Assembly: GCF_037042905.1 (NCBI RefSeq)
Contig: NC_087249.1
Coordinates: forward strand, 41,478,001 to 41,542,000
Reading direction: 5' to 3'
Origin: Lytechinus pictus
Taxonomy: Eukaryota
DNA: 64,000 nucleotides
Shown: piece after piece, positions 1-14,100 of the stretch
Position numbering within the stretch: the stretch's first letter is position 1
Layout of the letters: each line of letters starts with the position of its first letter
Notes under the pieces: model-generated
Told to the model about the DNA's origin: nothing
The model's database searches: none
The model's input: the letters and a program-made list of their open reading frames with translations, nothing else
Translations under genes and position numbers: made by a program

Positions 1-195
1 GCCAGGGACTGGACGGGGTGGAAGTTCGACTGATACCGCTCTTCTCTCCCACTGGCCGACGGTGATGGTGACCGGGGCCCGGGGGAAGAACAACAAAGAA
101 GAAGAAGGTGAGCTGACGGATCCCTGGCCTTGGCGCTGGCATAAGTTCCAAATTGTCATGGGTAAAATGAAAGGAAACTAATTTGAAATGATGTA

Positions 196-853
196 CCGGT
201 ATGATGGGGTGTCCAAACTTCGCGGACTTTTAAAAAATATTCATCAGGCTTAAATTTGTTCACAAAATATTCATAATTTATACAAAACCAATTCAAGAAA
301 TATTTACCACATTGACGGCAAGATCCTAAACTATAAAATCATGGACGAAAATGTAAAGTAGGTCAAGGGGTTTCGCCGGTATCGCTATCTCAAAATTCTA
401 TTCCGATCGGCGAATGCGCGCTGTGCTGGAAAACCGTTCTGAAAAGTGTGACCTAACTTCGCGGACCAAAGTTTTTGTGGAGATTTAAACAAAAACTCAA
501 GCTCAAAAAGTGAAATATTTATACCAGATTGACAGCAAAATGCTATAGAATCAGTTAGTACCACATTTAACTCACATTTTTGATGATTTCTGCTTGCAAA
601 ATGGTGATATCGTGATGCTTGTTGAGAATATCAGATTTCTTCAAAACGGGCGCCAACGGTGACAAATTTGCCGATCTTTTGTCAATATTTTCATGATTAC
701 TGAACTCATCCTAAAGAAACTTACACCAAAGGGTAATTTTAGGTCGCTTTTCACGTTGATGATGTCAGATTTTAAGGATATCGGCTAGTTTTTGAGATAA
801 TGACCGTCCGCGAAGTATGGACACGCGCGAAGTTTGGACTCACTGCCATACAG
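196..853. mobile_element. Non-autonomous Tc1/mariner-like element
   Basis: Imperfect TIRs (GTATG..GTCCAAACTTCGCG / CGCGAAGTTTGGAC..CATAC) with TA on both flanks. Confidence 0.6.
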
Positions 854-1408
854 TAACTTGAGTTGAATGAAGGAAAGAGGAATGGAGAAATTTAAAAATG
901 AATGAAAGAGATTACTGATTAGTTGTAACTTGTATTCTGGATCTGGAATGTATACATATTAGTAGATGACTTTTACCCTCCAGGCTAGCCTGGAGAGTAA
1001 AAAATCAGTCTACTACACGTAGGCTTACTCCCCATGGAGCCTGGAATTGCTTCCCATACATCTACACACCGCCGAAAAACCTTAAACTTTCGCCCTCGAG
1101 ATTTCTACTTTTCTTCTAAAAGATCTATCGTTAGCCCTAATAAATCATGTACATGGGATACAACTTCATTTCCGACATTTCTACGATATTTATTTAATTT
1201 TTTAACAAGAATTCATTCAAAAAACGAGAAAAATGTTATGAAAAGATGGACAAGAACTTGCCACCGTGTTTACGTCACCATCTTGATTTCATTGTCTTTC
1301 GCTTGGCGACAGCGAAAGACGATGAAAAATAAATAATAAAGAAAATTCTGACAAAATTAAGAGGTAATCTGTCAGAGACAGACCACCTAATAATAATGTA
1401 ATATGCAT

Positions 1409-1680
1409 TTGTTTCTGTTTGTTTCTGTTTCTGTTTGTGGTAACTCCCGTAAGAACTCGACAGGACAGCATTTTTGCTGGTAAACGCCAAGCTGGTATAT
1501 AACCAATTACCTTGGAAACATTTTACGTCTAGGTTAATCAGTCATAGTGGCTGACGTAATAGACGACAGATATCACTCTTGGGCCTTTTTATCAAAGTGG
1601 AGACAATGGCAGAGTTGGGATTCGAACTCACAACCTTGCGATTATGAGTCCAATGCTCTAACCACTGGACCACACGACCC
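1409..1680 (-). mobile_element. tRNA-derived SINE
   Basis: Minus strand: A box (TGGTCCAGTGG), B box (GTTCGAATCC), no acceptor stem, (CAGAAA)n tail. Confidence 0.7.
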
Positions 1681-1897
1681 GTGTACTATAGACTTTCGAA
1701 CTGAAAAAGAGCCATTTTTCCCAATATTAAATGTTGCTGAAATCCAGATTGTAGGTTTTTGATACACATTTCATAGTATATTGTGATTTCATAGTATATT
1801 GTGATATATTTTCATTTGTTTCAATATTTTGTATTAGGTCTACAAGCAAAGCTGTATACTGATAGACCGTTATGATCATTAGCCAAAAATCACCAAA

Positions 1898-2127
1898 ATG
1901 ACCGAACCGAGTCTTCACAAGCTCTTGATGCACACCTGCTTGAAGTTTCCACATCGTTTGGCAGCCATGTTTGATGACAGTCGCCATGGTGCTGAGGTGC
2001 TGACATATGGACAAGTTCTGGAGACTGCAAATACAGTGACATCTTTTCTGAGTGCCCACTCCAAGTGTGGGGAGGTTATTGGCCTCTATACCGAGCCTAA
2101 CATTGCATTGCCTGCTTTTATTCTTGG
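1898..2127 (+). CDS. AASDH: AASDH coding exon 1
   Basis: ATG 1898, MTEPSLHKLL...PAFILG, donor GTAAGT at 2128, phase 2. Confidence 0.85.
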
Positions 2128-5100
2128 GTAAGTTTAACTGGAGTCAAATCTGCCTAAGTCAGCCTTCTATTTAAGTGGAATAATCACGCTAGTCCAAGAA
2201 ATTTTAAGACTAGACTATGTAAGACATGTTATTTAACTTCTTAAGTCAAATTTAAAATAGATGTCTTTGGTCTAAACTCCCAAGAGATTTGACTTAGGCA
2301 GAGTAACCTGTATTCAATTGGGCCCTGTCTTAAAAGTTTATGTATTGGTTTGCAGATATTATACAAATTCTAAATCATGTGATTACTATCTATACTTTTA
2401 TTTATCAGCTTTCAAGCTTTGCAAAGCTTTTGAACTTTTGTTGCAGGCATAAATTAATCCAAGGACATCAACTTATTTTTTACACCACTTTTTTAACTCT
2501 AAAAGGACTGGGGGGCCATGATGGCCCCCCTTGACGCTTCGCGCGATATTTCCGAAACACAAAAAGATAGTGCCACAAAATGTTATAACTTTTTTCTTTA
2601 AAGTCTCGCGCAACCTTTGAGACCAAATTCGCGACATACAGGTATAGCATCGCGACGCCATGTAACTTTTTACGAGACAATGTCAAATGGCTCATTTTTA
2701 TACTTTGTGTACAAAGTCTATAGGAGATGAAATTCATAAAAGGGTGATTATTTTTCATTTCAATTCTCGCTACCCCAAATAGGAACAAAAATCTCATAAT
2801 GCGCGAGACAAGATAATTTTCACTCCGTCGGGTCGTCATCACCACTTCCGGTTCAGAGTCATGCTCGCGCGAGGTTCGCGATACTGAGTTTTCCACCACG
2901 CTGAAATCGATGCCAATCAGCGTAATATGTACAGATTATAATACTTTTTATTAAATTTGGTCAGTTTTGATTCCATTTGAATTATAAATAAAAATAAAAA
3001 ATATATTTCACGTGAAAATAATTTTTATTCATGTTTTTATTTGGTTATAAAAAAAGTAAACAAAAAATGAATATCTTAAAATTTTGCATTTAGCGACCGG
3101 CCTGACATCACGATCTGACTAGACTAGACGCTAAATATATACAGCATTCACTCCGTTCAATTTTTCGTCGACCACAAAATGGATAAAAAAATCAGTTTCG
3201 GAACTAAAAAAAATCTTAACTGACAGAGGAATACCGTGCGATGGAAAGCGTCGGGCAGAATTAGTGACTTTAGCAGAAAAGACCGTTAAACTGTATCGTG
3301 AAAGAGAGGGTTGTGATCACGATTTTTCCGAGCAAAAGCGACGTTGTGTTGTTGTGCATGACGGCACTGTTGATCTGAATGGCAAAACAGTGCATTGGAC
3401 ATCCGAACAGGAAGTTGTAATACCGAAAAGCTATCCCATAATGCAATGCGCGTTACAGGGATTTTCCCGGATCTCGGCGAAATCGCTATTTGGGGTAGCG
3501 AGAATTGGTCTGCTTAATTAATTTAGGGTTTAATTTAGTTGTAAAATGGTCTGTAATAATTTCCACTGAAAAAAAAACAATGAAAAACAAAAGACAAAAA
3601 AAAAAGAAATACATAAGAAATTCTAAAAACAAATACACACACAAGGAAAAATTTGGCTTTTGCAATTTTCTTTGTGGAAACCTTTAAATTAGATTGAAAA
3701 GGTGACATCTGGAAAAAAGAAGAAAATTTGAAGTGAAATTGGGTGTTAAATATGCAAATAATGTTTTTCATGAATGAATTTGCACATTTTATTCATAAAA
3801 AATAATAATTTTCAGAATTTTTTTTTTACTGCCTTGTAGTTTATGTGGTAAAGACTGTGCGTGCAAAATTTCGGCGTGATCGCGCGAATGGCGGCTGAGA
3901 TCAGAAGGGGGGCAGTCCTCAATACATCTCAGGGTTAAAGGCATACTGTAAGCTAAAGGAATCATTGGTCAAATAATCCCATATGAAACAAGTTGAAACA
4001 TTTCGTTTCAGATCAGATAATGTGAGCTCACAAGTCAGATTTGCCCTAAAGTCAAACGGACCGAAGGCCCGAAAGGGTCTTTGAAAGTCGCCCATTTATT
4101 ATGATTTGCTGTATAAGACGCCTTGTTGATCAATTAGCAGCACACATATGTGAGTCATACATACTTAGAATGTGAACGAAAACCGTTGATTATAAATGAT
4201 GTTAATATTTTCATGTAATTTATTCTTAAAATCAACTTAAAAATGAGCTTCATGGTTTTGATAGTTTATGATAAATTTCCAAAATGCTCCTCATAGAGAG
4301 CATCATAAGAAATGGGCAACGCGAAAGACAGTCAATGCAAAGACCCTTTCATGAAAATATGTGCCTTGTTTGCATTGTCTTTAGATATTTCATTTCATTA
4401 AATTTAAAGGTATGGTAGCTGCAGCAGCTCAGTGTTTTAATTTATTTGATGGCAATTTGGTTGCCTCCACTCCAATGAAACAATGCACACCTTGGATTGT
4501 GCAGCCACTATCTATGGGGATGTAGACTGTGAATGCCTTTTGTTCCTGGCTGTACAAAGAGCCCTTGAAACCCAGTTGTGATCTATTCATGCCATTTCAC
4601 ATTCAATGCAAAGTATGGTCTGGAAGATTTGGAGTAAAAAACAAACAAAAAAAACCCACACAAAAGACACCCAAGTCCAAGTGCTCAGTGATCTCAACTT
4701 GAGCTAATTCCCCTTTTGATTCCTTATACTTCCTTTTTTTAAAATATGTGGGTATAATGAGTGAAAGACTCCAGTCACTTAAAGTAGTAAAGCAAAGAAA
4801 GCCTGCTACCTGTATAAATATAAGGCTGATAGAAAACATTGTGTGGTATTATAAACTGAGGGATTACAAAAGCAGTGTTTCCATATAAGGGGTTCATGAG
4901 AAAGAGCCTTGAGACCTCCAAGTTAGTCTGCATGTTATATACATATTCATGTTGATTTTGTAGTCCATGGACCTGGCTATGGAGGATTATCTATTAATAC
5001 TGTGGGTGCTGTGACAATGCTCAGCACCCCCAGTAACAATAGAATAATCCTTTGTGGACAGGGCCCTGTTGTAGTCACTGTATCTGTATCGTGTCTTGGC

Positions 5101-8100
5101 TTAAGTCGGCATATGCAGGCTTGCTGTACTCCGCCAACTATTTTGGAAAACGTCACCGAGCAAGCAGGTCACTACTTACTAGACTTTCGGGTGATATTTG
5201 TTTTGAAGGAGTCCAGCACTTTATTAGAGTTGTATCCATGTATAATTCATTCTAATATTTAGTTGTTCGAGGGCCAGAATTTAAATTGCAACTTTGTGGT
5301 GTTTCATTCTTGTTTTCTTTTGATCATATCACATTTATTTATTTATTCATTCATTTATTTATTTATTTGCAGTATTCTACAAGTGCCTGCTGCCTATGGT
5401 CCAATTGATCCTCATGCTCCTAGCTCCATCAATGAGTATTTCATCAGAGGGGTTGGCATTCGTATCATCTGTGTGGAAAGGAGTCTATTTGAGGTAAGTA
5501 TAAAGGCAAGCTAATATCCACCACCAAAATGATGTCAGTTATTAGTGCTAGGACAGAGCCCAGGATGTTAAACAATTTCGCCCCTGATATCCTCAAAACT
5601 TATTCTTTGGGGCGACTATTTGCTATAAAATCTCACAAAATCTTCCGCAACAAAAACCCTATTTATTTCATGATATTAATTTACATCTGTATATCTATGT
5701 TGGATCAATTTGATTATAACCATCAATATTAAAAGAAATTGAATGGAAAGTTTCATTATGATTGCTATGTTTGCAGTTTCCTTCCTTGCATGGTTTTCAA
5801 CTGAGTTCTCTTCTTTCTGAAAAAAAGTTGCTTTAAATAATTCTTTTGTTAGAAAAAAAGATATAGATTATCATTCTATATAGCATGTGAATGATAATCC
5901 AGATAAGTGATTTAGAGGCCTATTATTTTCCTCTAGTGATGCTTTAATTCCTCTTCTTCTTCTGTTGAGTACAATCCTCTTTATACAGTATAGTCGTACT
6001 TGACTGAGGCCACAATCACAAAAACACATGACATTTGGTGCAGTTGAACAATACTAAACTATAGTGCAAGTAAAAAGATGGAGAGCTAATGCAGGGTGAG
6101 TGGTTCCAGGTGGCTCCTGAAAGACTCAGTTGAAGGAGCCAAAACCACTATTGTAGGCAGGACATTCCACAAGCAGATGGTACTTGGGAAAAAGCTTTGT
6201 TGGTAGGAGAGGATTCTACAATGCTTTTGTTTGAATTATTCACTAGGCTAAATTTGAGATAAACTTTGCTTTATAATCATACATATTCAGATAGCCTATC
6301 TTTAAAAAACAAATTACATTGTTTTTTAGAAAAATATAGTCACTTTCTTGCATGAAGAGACCATGATTGAATTTTAACATTTTCTTTTGTTCATTTTTCT
6401 GCACTCCTCACTTCTAAAGCACTTTACAGACAGTCTCGGCAAGATCTTAGATTGGGAAATTTGCCACAATGTAGACCAAGAGATGGCGTCATGTGGACTA
6501 GTTCTAGTGCGACTAGTCTCCACCAAGTACAACACCGAGGACAGCTCTTCACCTCTGGCATATGCCCTTCACACCTCAGGCACAACTGGCAGGCCGAAGA
6601 TTGTGCAGGTACCACACTCATGCATTGTACCAAATGTCCTGGATCTGACGTAAGTCACAAATTAGTCTTCTGATTAAAAAAAAAAAAATCTACGCATTAT
6701 GGTTTGAATTTTGAGTAATTTTATCAGTATTTACATCCAACCCCCTACTCTTCAAACACAGGCTCATATTTGACACTCTACCATGCTTAGAGGGAAGACT
6801 AGATGCCAAACTCTTTGAGGCTGTTCTCACTACGTTCCTAAAACTAGTTTACTGGGAACCGGTTCAGAAAGCCAGTTTGGAAGATCGCTTTGCTAGCGTT
6901 CTCACTTGATCACACGAAAGTGGTTTTCAAAATCACTTCACGTATAGCGCTCTTGTTGCTATGGAAACGCCCTCAGTGGGGAGACACGTTTCGCGCGAAA
7001 TTCGAAACCGCAGCATAGGCATTCTACACCTGTCGTGTGGAGTAGCGCGCTCAAAATGTGCGAAGATCGCTTCCCGAAGAACGGTTGTGTCGTCACTTAC
7101 GCTAAAACCACTTTTCCGATGCGAAGCGATCTTGAAAACTACATCGCGAGGTGGTCTTCCAAACTGGTTTGGAAGAGCGCTTCCAAGAGCGCTTCGACCG
7201 TTCTCACTTAGCGTTAAACTAGTTTCCACTAAACTAGTTTAAGGAACTGAGTGAAAACAGCCTCTTTGTCTGTGTGAAATCAAGGAGGTTTCAAATGAAA
7301 TGGAGTAACAGCATATAAAATCTCTTTGAACAAGGTTAAAAGCCGCCAGCAGAAAGTATGTCAGGCATGCACTTTGCTCAACATCTCTTGCAATTGTGTA
7401 GACAAATGATTCCCGCATGACTCGCAGCTATAGGTCATACATCAGTGAAAAAAATACATGGGGGCGGCGGGCGAATTCGCACCGGAAATGCCTAAAGTCG
7501 CCCTCGAAATCACCCAAAATCATGCTTTCGGGGGCGACATTAAATCTGAATGTCGCCCCCGAAATTATTGCCGAGTGATAACAACTCAACGACCCACTAG
7601 CGCCATATGCTCGAGCTCCGCTTACCATTTAAAAATCATCCAAAATCATGAATAAGCCTTGAAAATAGCGAGGAGCGCAGTTTCAAATTCCGAAGTTGCG
7701 TCTTTTTTTCTGTACCACGTATTTCCACACACATGGTACCAGGTATGGAAAAAAAAATCAACGCGACGGTCGGTAAACAGTTGCATGTATAGGGGTCCAT
7801 TATGACTACCACCATGTGCAATTTCTAATGCACATGTTTCCCTTACAGATATCACAATTCTGTGATAAAATAATTCGAATTACACAGGAAATAAATCCCA
7901 GAGTCTAGTAACCTATCATTGGTGAGTTGTCATTCAGCTTTGCTTTTCAAAACCCCCCCCCCCCCACTTTCATTAAATCATCAAACTCTTCAGATCAATT
8001 TAAGAAACTTCTAAAAACATACCTCTTTTCCGATTAATTTCTTTTGCGTGTATTTGTATTGTAATTATTATGTACTTTTGTTTTAAATCGTTTGTAAACG

Positions 8101-11100
8101 CTGTGATATAGTTAACTATGGAGAGCGTACTAAATGCTAGTTATTATTATTATTATTATTATTAAAACGGCCTATTAACATCCAAAATAACTTACCTTAT
8201 TTATTAATTATTTATTAATTATAAAAATCATTTGTTTTATTTTTCTTGGGGATGTGGTAAATATCAGACAATTAATCATCAAACCAAGCGTTATCTATTT
8301 TACAAGGCCGGCGGCAGGCGCACGCATTGTAGGGACAGTGATTTTCCGTTTCAAAAAATTGCTTTTTCCATTTCAGAAAATCTCAAATTCCGTTTCAGCA
8401 TGTAAGAAAACGGAAATTCCGTTTCCCCATAGACTTTTACACACGGAAAAGTGACAATTCCGTTTACACATTGAATAGCAAAATCACAACACGCACACTC
8501 GCACTGGTCAAAATTTGTATCTGCTACTGTACCAACAACACAATAAAATCCGTTCTAATCGGATCTATGCGGGTGCATAAAATATTTTTACACACCCATT
8601 TTGCATGCATACATCCTCACCTTTCATATTATTAGCATTATTTCACGGTGAAATGATATTTCATCGATAATTTTTGGGGTTTTTGGACATCGTTATCATC
8701 AGTCAACGGCTATTGCCAATCCGCCATCTTGGATTTTAAGACCACGATATCATGCTGTTACATCTTCAAACGTAGAGGGCAGCAACACACGACCGTGTAA
8801 GGAGTTGAACGATATGTGTGCATGTGAAGCCCAACCCGGCGCGGCCGGCCGGGTACGGGTACGGTGCGGGGTACAATCGAGTGTGCTGATGTCGAGTGCA
8901 GTCACGATGTGTGAATTGTCATGATAGTAGCGAAGTGAGATCGTGTTTTCTGGGGTTTTTTGGCCATTTAATATTCTCATTTTGTTGTGATTTTGGAGTA
9001 ATTTCTGTTGCTATTCTGTGTATTTTGAGGGAAAATACGTTTTCCGTGATTTTCCGTTTGAAATGCCACTTTCCGTTTCAAAAGGCCCTTTCCGTGAATT
9101 CTGTCCGTTTTCCGCGATCGCGGAAAATCACTGTCCCTAGCATTGGCGCTTGTATTAGCTAGCCAGTCTGAGCTCTGTCTCTCTGCCAGAGCTCTGGGGG
9201 ACAATTCGCTCAGTAAAGGCCTCAATGATGGTGATTTTCTGTTTCAGACAGAGTTTACATTTCAGGTATATTATTCAAAACTGCCAATAAAGTTTGATGA
9301 TTTCTTCATTGTCATGTATATTTAAGTTCTTAATGAATACATTCTCACCAAATTTAGACTCCCCCATAGAGAAGTGCAATTTTCATGGAGATCTGCGTTT
9401 TCAAAGAACTTCACGAAAAGTTAGGGTATGTGGGCCTTTATTACATGTACATGGCCGGGTACAGGGTATTGTACTGGAATAGACGGAGTAGAAATTTGAT
9501 ATTGAATTCATTCATATCCAAGTCCAACTCACAGTCACACACACACACACCCAAGATTCTAAGCATGAAAAAAATAACTTAAACAATCATACAATATTAA
9601 ACAAAAAATAATAATTCATTAATAAGTGAACAGGTATTCCTCAAAATAAAAAAAGTAGCATTCAAAAAGAGCCCCCGAAATGCAAAAAGTAGCCCCCGAA
9701 AGGTAGAAATGGAGCCCCCGAAATTTTTTTTTTTTTCCCTGTCATACATAAAGGGAAATATGATGATATAATGATGATGATAATTACATTTTCGCGGCAT
9801 CTTCATGATCTTGGTCTGGTTATATGTGTAGTACAAAATTCGGAGGCATGCGAAAATAAACTATGCAATATGTCCTGAAATATGACTCAAATTTGCTCGA
9901 CTGGGCATGTGCGGGCACTCATCTGGCATATACAGTAATGAACAACAATATTCCACCGAACACATTTGAAATTTTTATTCGCCGCAAACGATCGGAAAAG
10001 TGTTAAAATCTGGTTTCAGTAAAGGTCAAATTCTTTCTTTTTTCACCAATTAAAGGTTAATTGATATAGTCTGGGCAAATATCTTGTCGTAATAGTGCTT
10101 GGTTATTGATGTTTTGTCATGCATTCAAATTTCAGTTTGTTTATTAATATGAAAGATGGAAAATTGATACCAATGGATATTCGTAAAATTTCACCCCTTG
10201 GATTTCTTCACTGAAACTGGCGGCTTCGAAGTCGGACATCAAAAGGTCCTTATTGCCTTTCTTTCTTTTGTGTTTCTTTAGAAATGAACAGCTGCTTGAA
10301 TAAATTTGTTGCCTGTTGGAACTCCAGTCATAGAATCTGTTTGGTCAAATATAGAGCTAGCCACAGTACATAGTGAATATAGTCTCACTAATTCAGACTC
10401 TGTATTATGCACTAGTATGCGGATTAGGCAAACCAAGGGTCTGTGCCTGTAGACTACCCCCTATTATTGGGACTTTCCTGACATTCAAGTCGTTTTTTTT
10501 CTAAGATTCTCAAATGGTTTGTATCCTATTGGTCTGCTAGGAGATGGAATAATCTCAGATTGTCTGACACCTTCATAGCTAAATTCACATGGCCTACCAT
10601 CGATATGTGTTCTAATTACTGTTCGTCCATCCTTAATTTGATCTAAAACTCACTTTATTAGACTAATTGTAATTTAGCCTTATGCTCAGACCAGTGTTGT
10701 AGTCAAGGCCCAAATCCTCAAGGCAGAGGCCAAGGCCATCTAAAGGCCAAAGCTTTTTAAGTCCAAGGCCAAGGCATTGATTGAAAAGGTAGGCCTTAAT
10801 TAAGGCACCTTTTAAGGCCAAGTCTGAGCATCAATGCACTCCCACATTGGCTCAGGTGCATAGTTTGAGTATAGAGACTATGTGGTGGTAAACCAAAATC
10901 AGTATTACACAAACAAAGAAGTGATGGAGAATGAATTTTATGTACTGTGTGGAACACCATTGTCATGTACATGCCATCCAATGACAGTAGAACAATAGGT
11001 GGATACCTGAATGGAATACCATTGACTGTAGAAAGAATGTATCTGCTCTGAACTTGTAAGCCACTTCACAACTTGGCAGCCAAGCAGAAAGCACCCCACT

Positions 11101-14100
11101 TAGCTCTCGGGTAAAGCCTGAATGTTAATGTGTACTTTGAGTGACACAGAACTCGGCCTCTATGTATATCAACTTATTGGAGAGTTGCTACTTGATATGA
11201 ATTGGGCCAGAACTACAGTTTGGAAAGGTAATTGTTCAACATGATTTAATAATAAACCTTTTGCGTGCATTCATTTTCCAAGTTTAGTGGAGGGGACACA
11301 GAGTTATGCTTCCAGTTTATGACTACACAATATTCATGTGTATGTTGGAATATATAGCATTATTTAATTGTTTTTCTCCTAATTGTCTTATTTCATATTT
11401 GGCAAATATTCCTTGTTTCACACAGATGCAAGATATCACAAAGAAAGGTATTCATAATGTTATCCATATCCATGATAATATTTTTCTTCTCTATCCCATT
11501 ATTTGACAGGATGGCGTTCACAATTACTGAAGATGATGTGGTGTTCATGGCTTCACCTTTGACCTTTGACCCGAGTGTAGTTGAGATGTTCATGACGTTG
11601 AGCAAGGGAGCGACCCTTCTGATTGTACCTACCGAGCTCAAGATGGCCCCCAGCTCTCTGGCCAGAGTCCTTAGGAGGAACCATGTGACGGTGCTCCAGG
11701 TAAAAAAAGATCTGGGCTTTCATTTGTTTTTTAAAGGAAAATAGTCTGGTTTATTTTGCTGTTTTTTATTTTTTTAATACAATTCAACTGTTATAATGTA
11801 TAATTAATTCCTAACTCGTCTTTTACAACAAATTTATTTCAATGTTATGGTAGCTGTCTAGAAAAACCCTTGAGGGTTTTGTACACCAGCAAATGTCCAT
11901 TTGTATTACTTTTTTTTATCTATATTATTTCAATATTGTATTTTGGTTATCATATTTATACCTCTTGGTGGCACTACTTCTATATGGAATGGATTAAAGT
12001 ACAATTGAATTGCATGCAAATGTATGTATCACTCTGCACAAAGTGGGGAAAAAAAAGTGACATGATATTTGTAAATGGGATTCCAGACTAGTAATTCCAG
12101 GGAATTTAGTAAATTTTATAGTAAAAGTTTTATCGCATTAAGGTATCATAGCATTTTTAGCTTCAAGCAATATTAACTGTGCTGTGCCATCCAAATTCAA
12201 GTTGATTCCTACTGATGCATAATGCTCAATACAACCAAGTAGTTTGTAACAAATGGGAACTATCCAACACATTTCCTTTAAAGCCATTTTGATGCTGCAA
12301 GGATAAAGCATGTTAGACATGTTCCTTATTGGATTTGTCTTGCAGATTGTATACTAAAGATTCCTTCCAAACTACAGACCTACTGGCCAGATACAATAGG
12401 AAATATGCTTTTTTAATAAATGGTAATTACTTTTCGCTGCCTCTGGTCGGATATTATGGGCAGACGCATTGCTAACTTCTACAGGGAAAAGCAAAAATAA
12501 ATAAATACATTTGGGTTTTCATTTTTTTGACATCCATTCAGTTCAGTTAGGTATTCAATTCAGATCAGTTTGGTATGTATACTATGTGCTTCAGATAAAT
12601 TTGTCTTTTATTCTTCATAATATTATAAGTCACTTTCCTACTTCTCTGGTCATCTTCATTGTTTTCCTATTCAGATGTATTCATTCATTCCATCCTCATA
12701 TCTGGTTCTTTTGTTGAACATTCTTTTATTACACAATCACCCTGGCCTACCCATATTCATCCTAGTTCTTTCTCATTGTGTTTTATTTTTATGAATTGGG
12801 TTACTACATTTCAGTTGGGTTCTATTTTTTTAGACACCTACCATGCAACAAATAATTCCATAGACTAGTCTGTCGTACAATGTAAATGAGGCATGAGATC
12901 TTAAGATATTTAAGAACAGGCTGTAAAAAAAGCACATCTGAAATCGTTTCATTGTCATTTGTCTCACCAGGCCACACCATCTCTTGTATCCCGCTTCTCG
13001 ACCTTGACCTTGCAACAGGACCTTCTTGGTGCTTCCTCTACCCTTCGAATCCTTGCATTTGGGGGCGAGTCCTGTCCCACACCAGCTACCATCGCCTCTT
13101 GGAGGGGGCCTGGGAACCAGACGGAATTCTTCAATCTCTATGGCATCACTGAAGTATCCAGCTGGGCATCCTGTTTCAAGATTCCAGAAGAGTGGCTGGA
13201 GAAGAGACTAGATCAGCAGTGAGTACCAAGCAGTATTGTCCACTTGAGATATATTCTTAAAGGGGGAGTGAATTGTGTGTGGTCTCTCATTTTATTTGTA
13301 TAGAGAAACCAAATGTTTTGAGAGGAAAAGTAATTGTTATGTTACTTGGTAACATTATTATTGCAGTATAAATGCATTGAGTAGTTAATTAGCATGTTAT
13401 CATTCAAGTGGGTCTTTATTACTAGATTACACTTGCATTATGGGTCACGAAACTGTCCAGGTATGAGTAGTTGAGGACTCGAGATGGAGCTATCGGTTCT
13501 TATCTGCTTTAAATCACAACCCAAGAAAATGTTCATGTTTTGGTGAGCTTTTGCCAGCGATACTGCTAACTTCATCGGGCCTCGTCGTAGATGGCATTGT
13601 CGTTACAAAAGTCTGGAGAGGACTTGGAGCATTGCAAGCAAAAGCTTATACCAAAACAGGAAACTTAATCGGATTGTGATAGAAAGGGCAATGCTATAAC
13701 CTGCATGATGTCTGCTCCCTGTGTGTGGGGTCTTCAGGGGCCTGTTTCATAAAGCTGTTCGTAAGTTACGAATGACTTTATGCACGACTGATGACCCTTT
13801 CTTGTGCTATATGATATATCCCTGTGTAGCTGACTTATGTATAAGAACATGTTCCAGTCTTTCGTAAAGTTGTGCGTAACTTTACGAACAGCTTTATGAA
13901 ATAACATTTGTAGTAGTGGCCTGTCCTTCCAAATCTTCTCCCATAGACTTTGTACACATGACGCGGGATGAAGCTGGCCTCGACTACACCCCTGATAAGT
14001 TTTCGTGGCTGTCTAATTTCTTAAAAAGTGCAAGTTATCAATGCTTAAGAAATTCATTAAGTGCAGTAACTTCCAGTATGGAAAAAATGGAGGTCAGATG

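Noticed and set aside
1-160. GC-rich stretch with open minus-strand frames (possible divergent gene)
   Set aside because: Truncated by the window edge, no recognisable motif, and all three frames are open.
1608-1680. tRNA-like sequence with CAT at the anticodon position (minus strand); similar heads at 14706 and 61799
   Set aside because: Acceptor and other stems do not pair, and each continues into a SINE body and tail.
7339-10227. Large element bounded by AGCCGCCAG / CTGGCGGCT
   Set aside because: Only a ~10-bp inverted match and no TSD; boundaries cannot be supported.
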